9,319 bases of DNA, taken from IMG/VR virus record IMGVR_UViG_2547132488_000013; one strand, written 5' to 3'. The notes below the pieces were generated by a model. It worked only from the letters and a program-made list of their open reading frames with translations. It made no database searches and was not told where the DNA came from. The position numbers and the translations under genes were made by a program. Position 1 is the stretch's first letter; every line of letters starts with the position of its first letter. Positions 1 to 6,073 of the stretch are shown piece after piece. Origin of the DNA: a virus (lineage: Duplodnaviria > Heunggongvirae > Uroviricota > Caudoviricetes).

Positions 1-126
1 CTGCAGTTCTCTGGAGTCACAGGCCCATTTCAGATCCTGTACCGCCTTAACTTTCTTGATCATCCATTCGTAAATTTCATCATCGGTATAACCTGGCGCG
101 ATGATGACGGGTTCTGGTTTCTGCAT
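1..126 (-). CDS. Partial leftward ORF (N-terminal 42 codons; continues past window start), product unknown
   Basis: Reverse complement of 124-126 is ATG, preceded on the minus strand by GAGGA (plus 133-137) at 6-nt spacing. Frame is open to position 1, translating MQKPEPVIIAPGYTDDEIYEWMIKKVKAVQDLKWACDSRELQ. Absent from the ORF track because it is truncated. No arginine-rich N-terminus, so not an obvious N-type antiterminator. Confidence 0.45.
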   Translation of the reverse strand, partial: MQKPEPVIIAPGYTDDEIYEWMIKKVKAVQDLKWACDSRELQ

Positions 127-314
127 ATTGATTCCTCGCAGTACTGTTTCCCCTTAACGCCGGGGTGGCGGAACAAAAACCTGCTGCATAGTTAAAGTTG
201 AACCCTGCCGTCATGTTCTTACGCCTCGGGCTGGCTACTTAACCCCTGACCACTGCCTGGTAACTCGAAGTATTGCCCTGCGTTCTGTGGGGCGGGGTGG
301 GCTGGCATGCAATA

Positions 315-343
315 AATCTAAAAGTATTTAGTTTTATAGTCAA
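315..343 (-). promoter_or_regulatory. Candidate leftward promoter (PL-like) with operator-like motif over the -10
   Basis: Minus strand reads TTGACT (plus 338-343), 17-nt spacer, TAGATT (plus 315-320), in an AT-rich stretch just downstream of the repressor terminator. The -10 overlaps an AATCTAA motif that also occurs in the repressor/cro intergenic region. Confidence 0.3.
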
Positions 344-361
344 GAAAAATATAAATTAATT

Positions 362-388
362 TAAAAAAAGGTCGGCATAACCGACCTT
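362..388 (-). terminator. Rho-independent terminator after the repressor gene
   Basis: 8-bp stem AAGGTCGG (368-375) / CCGACCTT (381-388) with 5-nt loop; plus-strand A-run 363-369 gives a U-tract on the minus strand right after the stem. It lies 22 nt past the repressor stop codon (410-412). Confidence 0.65.
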
Positions 389-409
389 AAGTTCAAGGAA
401 GTGGTAGAG

Positions 410-1057
410 CTATAGGTTGAACTGTACACCTTTTGCTACGGCAACAATTTTACACTCTGGCGTAAGCAAGGATGATTGATAGCGCGGATTAAGAGGACTT
501 AAATACACAAGTTTTCCATCAATAACTAATTTTTTTATAGTCATAGACGGTTCATTTGTAAGTGGATCCGGAACTATTACAGCGACGATACTGCCATTTT
601 TATAACTTTCTCCTGGTCTTAGGATCACTGTGGCACCAACCGGGATACTCGGCGACCCTGATGGGTTATGCATAGTGTCATCAGGCATTGAAACGGCAAA
701 ATCACCTTCCACTACATCAAAAAATGTGGTGATCCTATCGACATTTCCCATTGTTTTCTCTCCTTCTAAGATTAGGAAAGAAATCGCGTCACCCCACGAA
801 AAGTAGGGGATCTTGGTGCCTGGATTGCTCTGCACAAAAGATAGTTCAGGAGATGATACTCCATACAGGAGATAGGACTCAGTAGTTCCTAATGCTTGGG
901 CTAACTTACTTAGAGCTTTGCTGCCGGGTTCGTTTAGATCTTTCTCCCAGTACCCTATAGTAACTCCAGTCACGCCTGAAAGCTTACCCAGTTCTACTTG
1001 AGTGAGCCCCTTATCTTTTCTGAGTCTCTTAAGCCTGATGCCAAGGCTTTCCATCAT
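410..1057 (-). CDS. CI-like prophage repressor, N-terminal HTH (XRE-type) plus C-terminal LexA/S24 peptidase-like autocleavage domain
   Basis: 215-aa ORF. N-terminus LKRLRKDKGLTQVELGKLSGVTGVTIGYWE is a typical HTH. C-terminal half has an S24-like serine context (GDFAVSMPDDTM) and a downstream lysine (TIKKLVIDGKLVYL). Divergent from a cro-like gene across a 96-bp operator region. Confidence 0.85.
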   Translation of the reverse strand: MMESLGIRLKRLRKDKGLTQVELGKLSGVTGVTIGYWEKDLNEPGSKALSKLAQALGTTESYLLYGVSSPELSFVQSNPGTKIPYFSWGDAISFLILEGEKTMGNVDRITTFFDVVEGDFAVSMPDDTMHNPSGSPSIPVGATVILRPGESYKNGSIVAVIVPDPLTNEPSMTIKKLVIDGKLVYLSPLNPRYQSSLLTPECKIVAVAKGVQFNL

Positions 1058-1086
1058 TTTCTCCCGTGAGTTGAATATAAATTATT

Positions 1087-1127
1087 TTAGATTGCATTGA
1101 CCTAAAAAAAATTATCTTGTAATCTAA
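1087..1127 (+). promoter_or_regulatory. Rightward PR-like promoter bracketed by an inverted repeat (candidate operator)
   Basis: TTGACC (1097-1102), 17-bp spacer, TAATCT (1120-1125), upstream of SD AGGAGG (1143-1148) and the cro-like ATG at 1154. Inverted repeat TTAGATTGCA (1087-1096) and TGTAATCTAA (1118-1127, reverse complement TTAGATTACA) abuts the -35 and overlaps the -10. Confidence 0.5.
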
Positions 1128-1153
1128 AAATACTTATATTTTAGGAGGGTGAA

Positions 1154-1381
1154 ATGCGAGTTGATGAACTTGTTCAGTTTTTTGGCTCTGTTCAGAGGGT
1201 CGCTGATTTTTATGGGATAACCCGCGAAGCTATTTACATGTGGCGTAAGCGTCCTGGTGAAATAGTTCCGAAAGGGAGAGCTGCGGAAGCTGCTGCATGC
1301 TCCAAGGGGAAACTATCTTTGAACCCAGAACTTTACAAAAAGAAGGATACCACTCAGAGCGAAAGGAAGAGTGATTCATGA
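1154..1381 (+). CDS. Cro/YdaS-family small DNA-binding regulator
   Basis: 75-aa ORF with strong SD, divergent from the repressor. HTH-like segment GSVQRVADFYGITREAIYMWRKRPGEIVP fits the YdaS/Cro-type pattern. Stop overlaps the next start (ATGA at 1378-1381). Confidence 0.75.
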   Translation: MRVDELVQFFGSVQRVADFYGITREAIYMWRKRPGEIVPKGRAAEAAACSKGKLSLNPELYKKKDTTQSERKSDS

Positions 1382-1803
1382 AAATCAAGCATGAACACAT
1401 CCGCATGGCGATGAATGCCTGGGCGCATCCGGACGGCGAGAAAGTACCGGCTGCGAAAATTACCAAAGCGTATTTCGAACTGGGTATGACGTTCCCGGAA
1501 TTGTACGACGACAGCCATCCGGAAGCCCTGGCCCGCAATACTCAGAAAATTTTCCGCTGGGTAGAGAAAGACACCCCTGATGCTGTTGAAAAAATTCAGG
1601 CGTTGTTACCAGCGATCGAAAAAGCAATGCCGCCTCTGCTGGTGGCCCGAATGCGCAGCCACAGTTCAGCCTTTTTTCGGGAACTGGTGGAGACGCGGGA
1701 ACGACTGGTGAGAGACGCTGATGATTTTGTCGCAGTGGCGATCGCTGGTTTCAATCAGATGAATCGTGGTGGCCCGGCGGGAAATGCCGTGGTCGTTCAT
1801 TAA
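1378..1803 (+). CDS. YdaT-like protein (proposed CII functional analog in Rac-type prophages)
   Basis: 141-aa ORF translationally coupled to the cro-like gene. N-terminus MKIKHEHI and the position immediately after a YdaS-like gene match my recollection of Rac-type ydaS-ydaT pairs. Family assignment is from memory, not a search. Confidence 0.5.
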   Translation: MKIKHEHIRMAMNAWAHPDGEKVPAAKITKAYFELGMTFPELYDDSHPEALARNTQKIFRWVEKDTPDAVEKIQALLPAIEKAMPPLLVARMRSHSSAFFRELVETRERLVRDADDFVAVAIAGFNQMNRGGPAGNAVVVH

Positions 1804-1824
1804 GAATAGTACAGGAGAAAATGG

Positions 1825-2118
1825 ATGACATTTACAAATGAAGGTCGAATTGTTTTTGATTTTGAGTACGAAACACCATTGCAGAGATTGATTATGTTAA
1901 GAATTTTCTGCTCTGGGAGTGGTGATGGTGGGCGCGAAAAGCGTTTTGAAGATCAGGAATTCCGACGTTTTTGTTGTTGTACGTTTGATGAGTTTGAGCA
2001 GGCTATCGCGAAACTTATCGAGATGGGAGTGATTCATAAAATAAGTTATGGATATCAATACGGAAAGCCATCAAGCGGTTACATCATCAAAGATCCGGGT
2101 GAAATTATTCAGTTATGA
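1825..2118 (+). CDS. Hypothetical protein (97 aa)
   Basis: ORF with SD AGGAG (1813-1817); stop overlaps the start of the replication gene (ATGA 2115-2118), indicating co-translation in the early-right operon. Confidence 0.65.
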   Translation: MTFTNEGRIVFDFEYETPLQRLIMLRIFCSGSGDGGREKRFEDQEFRRFCCCTFDEFEQAIAKLIEMGVIHKISYGYQYGKPSSGYIIKDPGEIIQL

Positions 2119-3080
2119 GTCTTCTTTTTGCTGAACGTCCGCTGGTTATTAACACGCATCTGGCGATGAAAATTGGCCTGAACGAAGCCATCGTGTTGCA
2201 GCAGCTGCATTACTGGTTGAGAGATACCGGTTCCGGCATGGAATGTGATGGTGTTCGCTGGATTTATAACACAACAGAACAATGGCTGGAACAGTTCCCG
2301 TTCTGGTCAGAGTCAACGTTAAAACGCGCATTTGCAAGTCTGAAAACGCTGGGGCTTTTGCGTTGCGAAAAGCTCAACAAATCAAAGCGTGACATGACTA
2401 ATTTTTACACGATTAATTACGAGAGCGAGCTTTTAGATGGTGGCAAAGTGAGCGAATCCATCAGGTCAAAATGCGCTGCTCCATCAGGTCAAAATGACAC
2501 GATGGAAGAGGTCAAAATGAAACGCTCCATTGGTTCAAAACGACCCAATGTCATCGGGTCAAAATGGCCCGATGATCTTACAGAGAATACAACAGAGATT
2601 ACTACAGAGAATAAAAATACTTCTCGTCCGGAAGCTTCGCAACCGGACCCGCAGACGGCTGAACAGGATTTTTTAACCCGACACTCTGACGCGGTTGTGT
2701 TCAGTGCGAAAAAACGCCAGTGGGGCAGCCAGGAAGATTTAGCGTGTGCGCAGTGGATCTGGGGACGAATCGTGAGTCTTTACGAACAGGCTGCCAGCGA
2801 TGATGGTGAGATCACGCGACCGAAAGAACCCAACTGGACTGCATGGGCCAATGACGTGCGCACAATGCGGATGCTTGATGGCAGAACTCACAGGCAAATT
2901 TGCGAAATGTTTGGTCGGGTACAGCGGGATCCCTTTTGGGTAAAAAATATCATGAGTCCGTCAAAGCTTCGTGAAAAATGGGACGAACTGGTCATCCGCC
3001 TGGGGCGTTCGCCTGTACAGCGTTGTGTGAATCACATTTCTGAACCGGACACCGAAATTCCGCCTGGGTTCAGGGGGTGA
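2115..3080 (+). CDS. Phage replication initiator (O-like organisation: N-terminal DNA-binding domain, low-complexity linker encoded by iterons, C-terminal domain)
   Basis: 321-aa ORF in the position of a lambdoid replication gene. An iteron array and AT-rich repeats lie inside its linker-coding region, as in lambda O. The C-terminal domain (FWVKNIMSPSKLREKWDELV) may be DnaT-like; unverified. Confidence 0.7.
   Translation: MSLLFAERPLVINTHLAMKIGLNEAIVLQQLHYWLRDTGSGMECDGVRWIYNTTEQWLEQFPFWSESTLKRAFASLKTLGLLRCEKLNKSKRDMTNFYTINYESELLDGGKVSESIRSKCAAPSGQNDTMEEVKMKRSIGSKRPNVIGSKWPDDLTENTTEITTENKNTSRPEASQPDPQTAEQDFLTRHSDAVVFSAKKRQWGSQEDLACAQWIWGRIVSLYEQAASDDGEITRPKEPNWTAWANDVRTMRMLDGRTHRQICEMFGRVQRDPFWVKNIMSPSKLREKWDELVIRLGRSPVQRCVNHISEPDTEIPPGFRG
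2457..2620 (+). repeat. Candidate origin of replication: five iterons plus three AT-rich 12-bp repeats
   Basis: GGT(C/T)AAAA(T/C)G cores at 2464, 2487, 2510, 2532 and 2557 (spacing 23, 23, 22, 25 bp). The first two share the 17-mer TCCATCAGGTCAAAATG. Followed by ACAGAGA(A/T)TA at 2580, 2592 and 2604. Confidence 0.6.
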
Positions 3081-3120
3081 GTGTTTATTTCAGGTCATGA
3101 GATAATTTTCAGGAGGAGTT

Positions 3121-3543
3121 GTGGCAAAAGTTTTTACACAGGAAGAGCGAGAAAAAATTAAAGGGCAGGTTGTTGAACTTGTACGCCAGAGTGGGCGCGA
3201 GACGTTACGGCAACTGGAAGCCAAGACAGGTGCGACAAGATATCTGATGAGCGTTCTCGCAAGAGAGCTGGTTGCCAGTGGCGATGTATACAACTCTGGT
3301 TACGGGTTATTCCCGTCTGAACAGGCTCGTAAGGACTGGCAAAACGCCCGCAAAAAACTCTCGAGAGCAAAGCTGAAGAAAACATCTGTAGTTGATCCGG
3401 ACCTTATCTGGTCGTTACCAGACGGAGAAATACGCCGCTACGACAGGCGTCAGAACATAATCTGTCGCGAGTGCCGGAAGAGTGAGGTTATGCAGCGAGT
3501 GCTGGCGTTTTATCAGGGGAAATTTCAGGAGGTGATGCTGTGA
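3121..3543 (+). CDS. Hypothetical protein (140 aa), basic, with C-terminal CxxC
   Basis: GTG start 4 nt after SD AGGAGG (3111-3116). Contains CRECRK. Stop overlaps the next ORF start (GTGA at 3540-3543). Confidence 0.6.
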   Translation: MAKVFTQEEREKIKGQVVELVRQSGRETLRQLEAKTGATRYLMSVLARELVASGDVYNSGYGLFPSEQARKDWQNARKKLSRAKLKKTSVVDPDLIWSLPDGEIRRYDRRQNIICRECRKSEVMQRVLAFYQGKFQEVML

Positions 3544-3794
3544 GCGAATCAAAATGTCAGGTTAATGGTAATCAGATAGAACCATGTGCGGCACTGGCAA
3601 AGTCCCTTGAGCATGATGCTGAATACACGACGCGAAAAGGTCTGCTGATATACAAAATCTGGAATGAGAGTTTAACTCGCGGTCCTGATTTGGTGATGTT
3701 GCGTTCCGGTGAATTTTCTAAATTACCAGTGCGGGTTTCATTTTGTCCGTTCTGTGGTGAAAGTCTGAAAACGTGGGAGAACAGAAATGAATGA
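3540..3794 (+). CDS. Hypothetical protein (84 aa) with zinc-ribbon-like cysteines
   Basis: GTG start with SD AGGAGG (3527-3532). Cysteines at C6 and C16 plus CPFCGE near the C-terminus. Overlaps the next ORF by 8 nt. Confidence 0.6.
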   Translation: MSESKCQVNGNQIEPCAALAKSLEHDAEYTTRKGLLIYKIWNESLTRGPDLVMLRSGEFSKLPVRVSFCPFCGESLKTWENRNE

Positions 3795-4092
3795 AATTAG
3801 AGAAATACCAGTAGTACGTGATGAATATGGCTACTGGACACATCCGGAGTATGAAAAGTTTTGTGATGGTAGAGAACATATTTCAACGGAAGAGTTTAAC
3901 GCCTGGATGGAGGAAAATAATCTTCAATGGACCATCATAACTATGGATGAAGATGATTTTAATCTGGACGCAGATGGTCCCGATATTGCCTCCTGGAAAC
4001 CGGAGCGCCCGGAAGGTGAAGGCTGGTTCATTGGTTCCATTCATGACACTGAAGATGGTCCTGTTTGTGTATGGCTGAGAAATAAGGCTTAA
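3787..4092 (+). CDS. Hypothetical highly acidic small protein (101 aa)
   Basis: ATG 3787 with SD GGGAGA (3775-3780). About 23 Asp/Glu versus 8 Lys/Arg counted by eye, including the run MDEDDFNLDADGPD. Confidence 0.65.
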   Translation: MNEIREIPVVRDEYGYWTHPEYEKFCDGREHISTEEFNAWMEENNLQWTIITMDEDDFNLDADGPDIASWKPERPEGEGWFIGSIHDTEDGPVCVWLRNKA

Positions 4093-4225
4093 GCATAAAG
4101 GCGATAAACCACCTGACAACAAAACACTGAAAATTTAAATCAGAAGTGATTTTTATTAAATCCTTAACCGGAGGGATTTCTGCACCCTCAGAACATCAGG
4201 AGGCCGCCCGGAAGGGCGGTAATGA

Positions 4226-4444
4226 ATGGTCACATTATTCAGAAAAAAATATCCGCGAAAGAGTAGAACAACAGAATTCCTGTTTCTCATTCTGTTTGTC
4301 GTGTTGATGATACCGATATCCCCGTTAATCCTGGTCTGGATAATCGGAAAAATAATTGAGCCAGTTATTGAATTGTATAACGACGTGGTATGGGCGTCGT
4401 TCAACACACTGCACAATAAAATTAATCCGTATAAGGAAGGTTGA
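4226..4444 (+). CDS. Small single-pass membrane protein (72 aa), AT-rich moron-like ORF
   Basis: Hydrophobic core FLFLILFVVLMIPISPLILVWIIGKII after a basic N-terminus (RKKYPRKSR). Codon usage visibly more AT-rich than neighbours. Stop is 1 nt before the next gene's ATG. SD CAGGAGG (4197-4203) is separated from the ATG by a GNRA-looped hairpin. Confidence 0.5.
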   Translation: MVTLFRKKYPRKSRTTEFLFLILFVVLMIPISPLILVWIIGKIIEPVIELYNDVVWASFNTLHNKINPYKEG

Positions 4445-4445
4445 A

Positions 4446-4733
4446 ATGGCAACTTTGCAGGAATTAATCGACCTGACGCCAGAACAGGAAAAAGCGTGGA
4501 ATCGCCTTGTGAAGGCTGTAAAGGATTTCAGAGCAGCCGGAGGAAAGTTTTATAGTGTCCTGGACACGCTGAGCGCATACAACGGCGAGCACGTTGCCAG
4601 CATTGATAACGATAAGGGCTACCACACTGCAAGCGTCTATATGCCTAGCATTGATGCGCCAGGGCTAACCAGTTGGGCTGATGATTGGCACGGCATCACG
4701 CTGAAAGATGGCGTTGAAGTGGATGAGGACTAA
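4446..4733 (+). CDS. Hypothetical protein (95 aa)
   Basis: ATG 4446 with SD AGGAAGG (4434-4440). The track ORF starting at 4356 is an upstream in-frame extension lacking an SD; 4446 is the likely true start. Confidence 0.65.
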   Translation: MATLQELIDLTPEQEKAWNRLVKAVKDFRAAGGKFYSVLDTLSAYNGEHVASIDNDKGYHTASVYMPSIDAPGLTSWADDWHGITLKDGVEVDED

Positions 4734-4736
4734 CAC

Positions 4737-5159
4737 ATGACCACTATTACCAAAGAACGCGCGGAGATTAAATCATTCATCACTGGTTTCCTGAGCGACC
4801 CGGCGCACGATAACCAATCCTCAGACAGCCTGCTTGCCAATGTGTTTCGTATCGCCCTGGCATCACTGGAAGCAGAACCAGTTGCATGGACTGATGACGA
4901 GGAACTGCGAGATGTTGAGCGAATTGGTTTAGGTTATTTATTACCTTGTCCTCCAGATAAATACGCAGACCCGCGTCGTGTAATTCCGCTGTATCGTGTG
5001 CCGCCAGCTCCTACAGTGCAGGCACAGGGCATTGAGATCGCAATAAACGAACTGGCGTCTCTGTCCCCACAGCTGGATAAACGAGCGGTGGAAACTCTTT
5101 CCATGGCTGTGGCACATCTACGCAAACTGGTTAAGAAGCAGTTGCAGGCTAAGGAATGA
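4737..5159 (+). CDS. Hypothetical protein (140 aa); N-terminal module paralogous to the next gene
   Basis: ATG 4737 with SD GAGGA (4725-4729). Shares ITKER...RIALASLEAEPVA with the downstream ORF. Confidence 0.7.
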   Translation: MTTITKERAEIKSFITGFLSDPAHDNQSSDSLLANVFRIALASLEAEPVAWTDDEELRDVERIGLGYLLPCPPDKYADPRRVIPLYRVPPAPTVQAQGIEIAINELASLSPQLDKRAVETLSMAVAHLRKLVKKQLQAKE

Positions 5160-5162
5160 CAC

Positions 5163-5957
5163 ATGAACGCTATCACCAAAGAACGTATTGAATTGTTCAT
5201 TAAAAATTCGCTTGAAAACGGGTTTACTCGTAGCGAACAAATGGAAGTGGCACGGATTGCTTTGGCATCGCTGGAAGCAGAACCGGTTGCAGTAAACGAC
5301 GACATGGCTTACGCATTCCATCACGCATTGTCAGATTCATCGCTAGGCGCTGATGAAGTAGAGGAAATTAAGGCCGGTTTGCGTGCTGCCTTTGCCAACG
5401 TCACTATCCAACCAGAGCCGGTAGTGCCGGATGAAATCGAGCCAGACGATAGCAATACGTTTGATTATGTTGATGGCTGGAACGCCTGCCGCGCCGCCAT
5501 GCTTCAGAGTCAGAGGGAAGGCAACCCTCATGTAACCCCGGCTCGCCTGCCTGGTGGTTTCACTATTGAGGATGCGAAGGAGTTACATGAAGACCTGGTA
5601 CGCAGCCACATAAGCCAGGCTTTAAGTGGCGAGAAGATGAAAAAGAAAGATCGTGATGCTGATTTGCGCTGGATTCATGGCGTTATAGTACAGGCAGCGT
5701 GGTTTGTGAAAGCTTCACTGGATGCGTTGCCTGAACCGCTGCGGGAGGAGAAGGGAGGAAGTGCCAACTGTACTGCCAGTCATGGTACAACCGACAATCC
5801 ACCAGTACCAGGCAAACAGACTGACGAATTAACCATGCTGGTTAAGCAATTGGTCAGTCAACTGAAGAAAGTGAAGCCGGACTGTAAATTGCCGGATAAG
5901 GCGATGGACTACCTGAAGCGGAACGAACTGATAAGTGCGGAGGATGTTTTGCGATGA
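5163..5957 (+). CDS. Hypothetical protein (264 aa); N-terminal module paralogous to the preceding gene
   Basis: ATG 5163 with SD AAGGA (5151-5155). N-terminus MNAITKERIELFIKNSLENGFTRSEQMEVARIALASLEAEPVA. Acidic central region. Confidence 0.75.
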   Translation: MNAITKERIELFIKNSLENGFTRSEQMEVARIALASLEAEPVAVNDDMAYAFHHALSDSSLGADEVEEIKAGLRAAFANVTIQPEPVVPDEIEPDDSNTFDYVDGWNACRAAMLQSQREGNPHVTPARLPGGFTIEDAKELHEDLVRSHISQALSGEKMKKKDRDADLRWIHGVIVQAAWFVKASLDALPEPLREEKGGSANCTASHGTTDNPPVPGKQTDELTMLVKQLVSQLKKVKPDCKLPDKAMDYLKRNELISAEDVLR

Positions 5958-6037
5958 CCTGGCCTGAAGCATTCACAACGGTAGGAATTGCGATGGCGGT
6001 GGCGCTGGTGGTGTATTCGATTTGCCGTTGGGGATAA
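5954..6037 (+). CDS. Unannotated 27-codon hydrophobic peptide, translationally coupled to the 264-aa gene
   Basis: ATG 5954 overlaps the upstream stop (ATGA 5954-5957). Translation MTWPEAFTTVGIAMAVALVVYSICRWG, stop TAA 6035-6037, directly followed by a strong terminator. Below the ORF-track length cutoff. Confidence 0.35.
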   Translation: MTWPEAFTTVGIAMAVALVVYSICRWG

Positions 6038-6042
6038 CAAAC

Positions 6043-6073
6043 AAAAACCCCGGATTGATGGTCCGGGGTTTTT
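6043..6073 (+). terminator. Rho-independent terminator (potentially bidirectional) ending the early-right gene block
   Basis: 7-bp GC stem CCCCGGA (6048-6054) / TCCGGGG (6062-6068), loop TTGATGG, A5 upstream (6043-6047) and T5 downstream (6069-6073). Confidence 0.75.

Noticed and set aside
1-126. Partial leftward gene as an N-type antiterminator
   Set aside because: N proteins have an arginine-rich N-terminal motif; this N-terminus (MQKPEPVIIAPGYTDDEIYEW) is acidic and hydrophobic, and I saw no boxA/boxB-like nut site in the leader.
127-300. GC-rich leader as a tRNA or other structured RNA gene
   Set aside because: I could not fold it into a cloverleaf or recognise conserved tRNA boxes by eye; more simply explained as the 5' UTR of the leftward gene.
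1230-1538. Minus-strand 102-aa ORF overlapping the cro-like and YdaT-like genes
   Set aside because: Lies entirely antisense to two well-supported, translationally coupled plus-strand genes; no SD; Cys-rich, odd composition typical of a shadow ORF.
2149-2337. Minus-strand 62-aa ORF inside the replication gene
   Set aside because: Antisense shadow ORF within a strongly supported CDS.
2457-2566. Possibility that the direct repeats are a CRISPR array
   Set aside because: Repeat core is only about 10-17 bp at 22-25 bp spacing, lies inside a coding sequence, and has no unique spacers of CRISPR size; pattern fits replication iterons.
3090-3385. Minus-strand ORFs (67 aa and 75 aa) opposite the 140-aa gene
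   Set aside because: Antisense to a plus-strand ORF with a strong SD in a uniformly rightward operon; no independent support.
3883-4122. Minus-strand 79-aa ORF opposite the acidic-protein gene
   Set aside because: Antisense shadow ORF; the plus-strand gene has an SD and translational coupling.
4356-4445. Upstream in-frame extension of the 95-aa gene (track start 4356)
   Set aside because: No SD at 4356 and it would overlap the preceding ORF by 89 nt; ATG 4446 has a good SD and sits 1 nt after the upstream stop.
4156-4452. Minus-strand 98-aa ORF overlapping the small TM ORF
   Set aside because: The plus-strand ORF fits operon polarity and stop/start coupling to the next gene, so I preferred it. 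This is the least certain strand choice in the window and is flagged in the findings.
4934-5531. Minus-strand ORFs (123, 68 and 62 aa) opposite the paralogous gene pair
   Set aside because: Antisense to well-supported plus-strand genes; no ribosome-binding sites.
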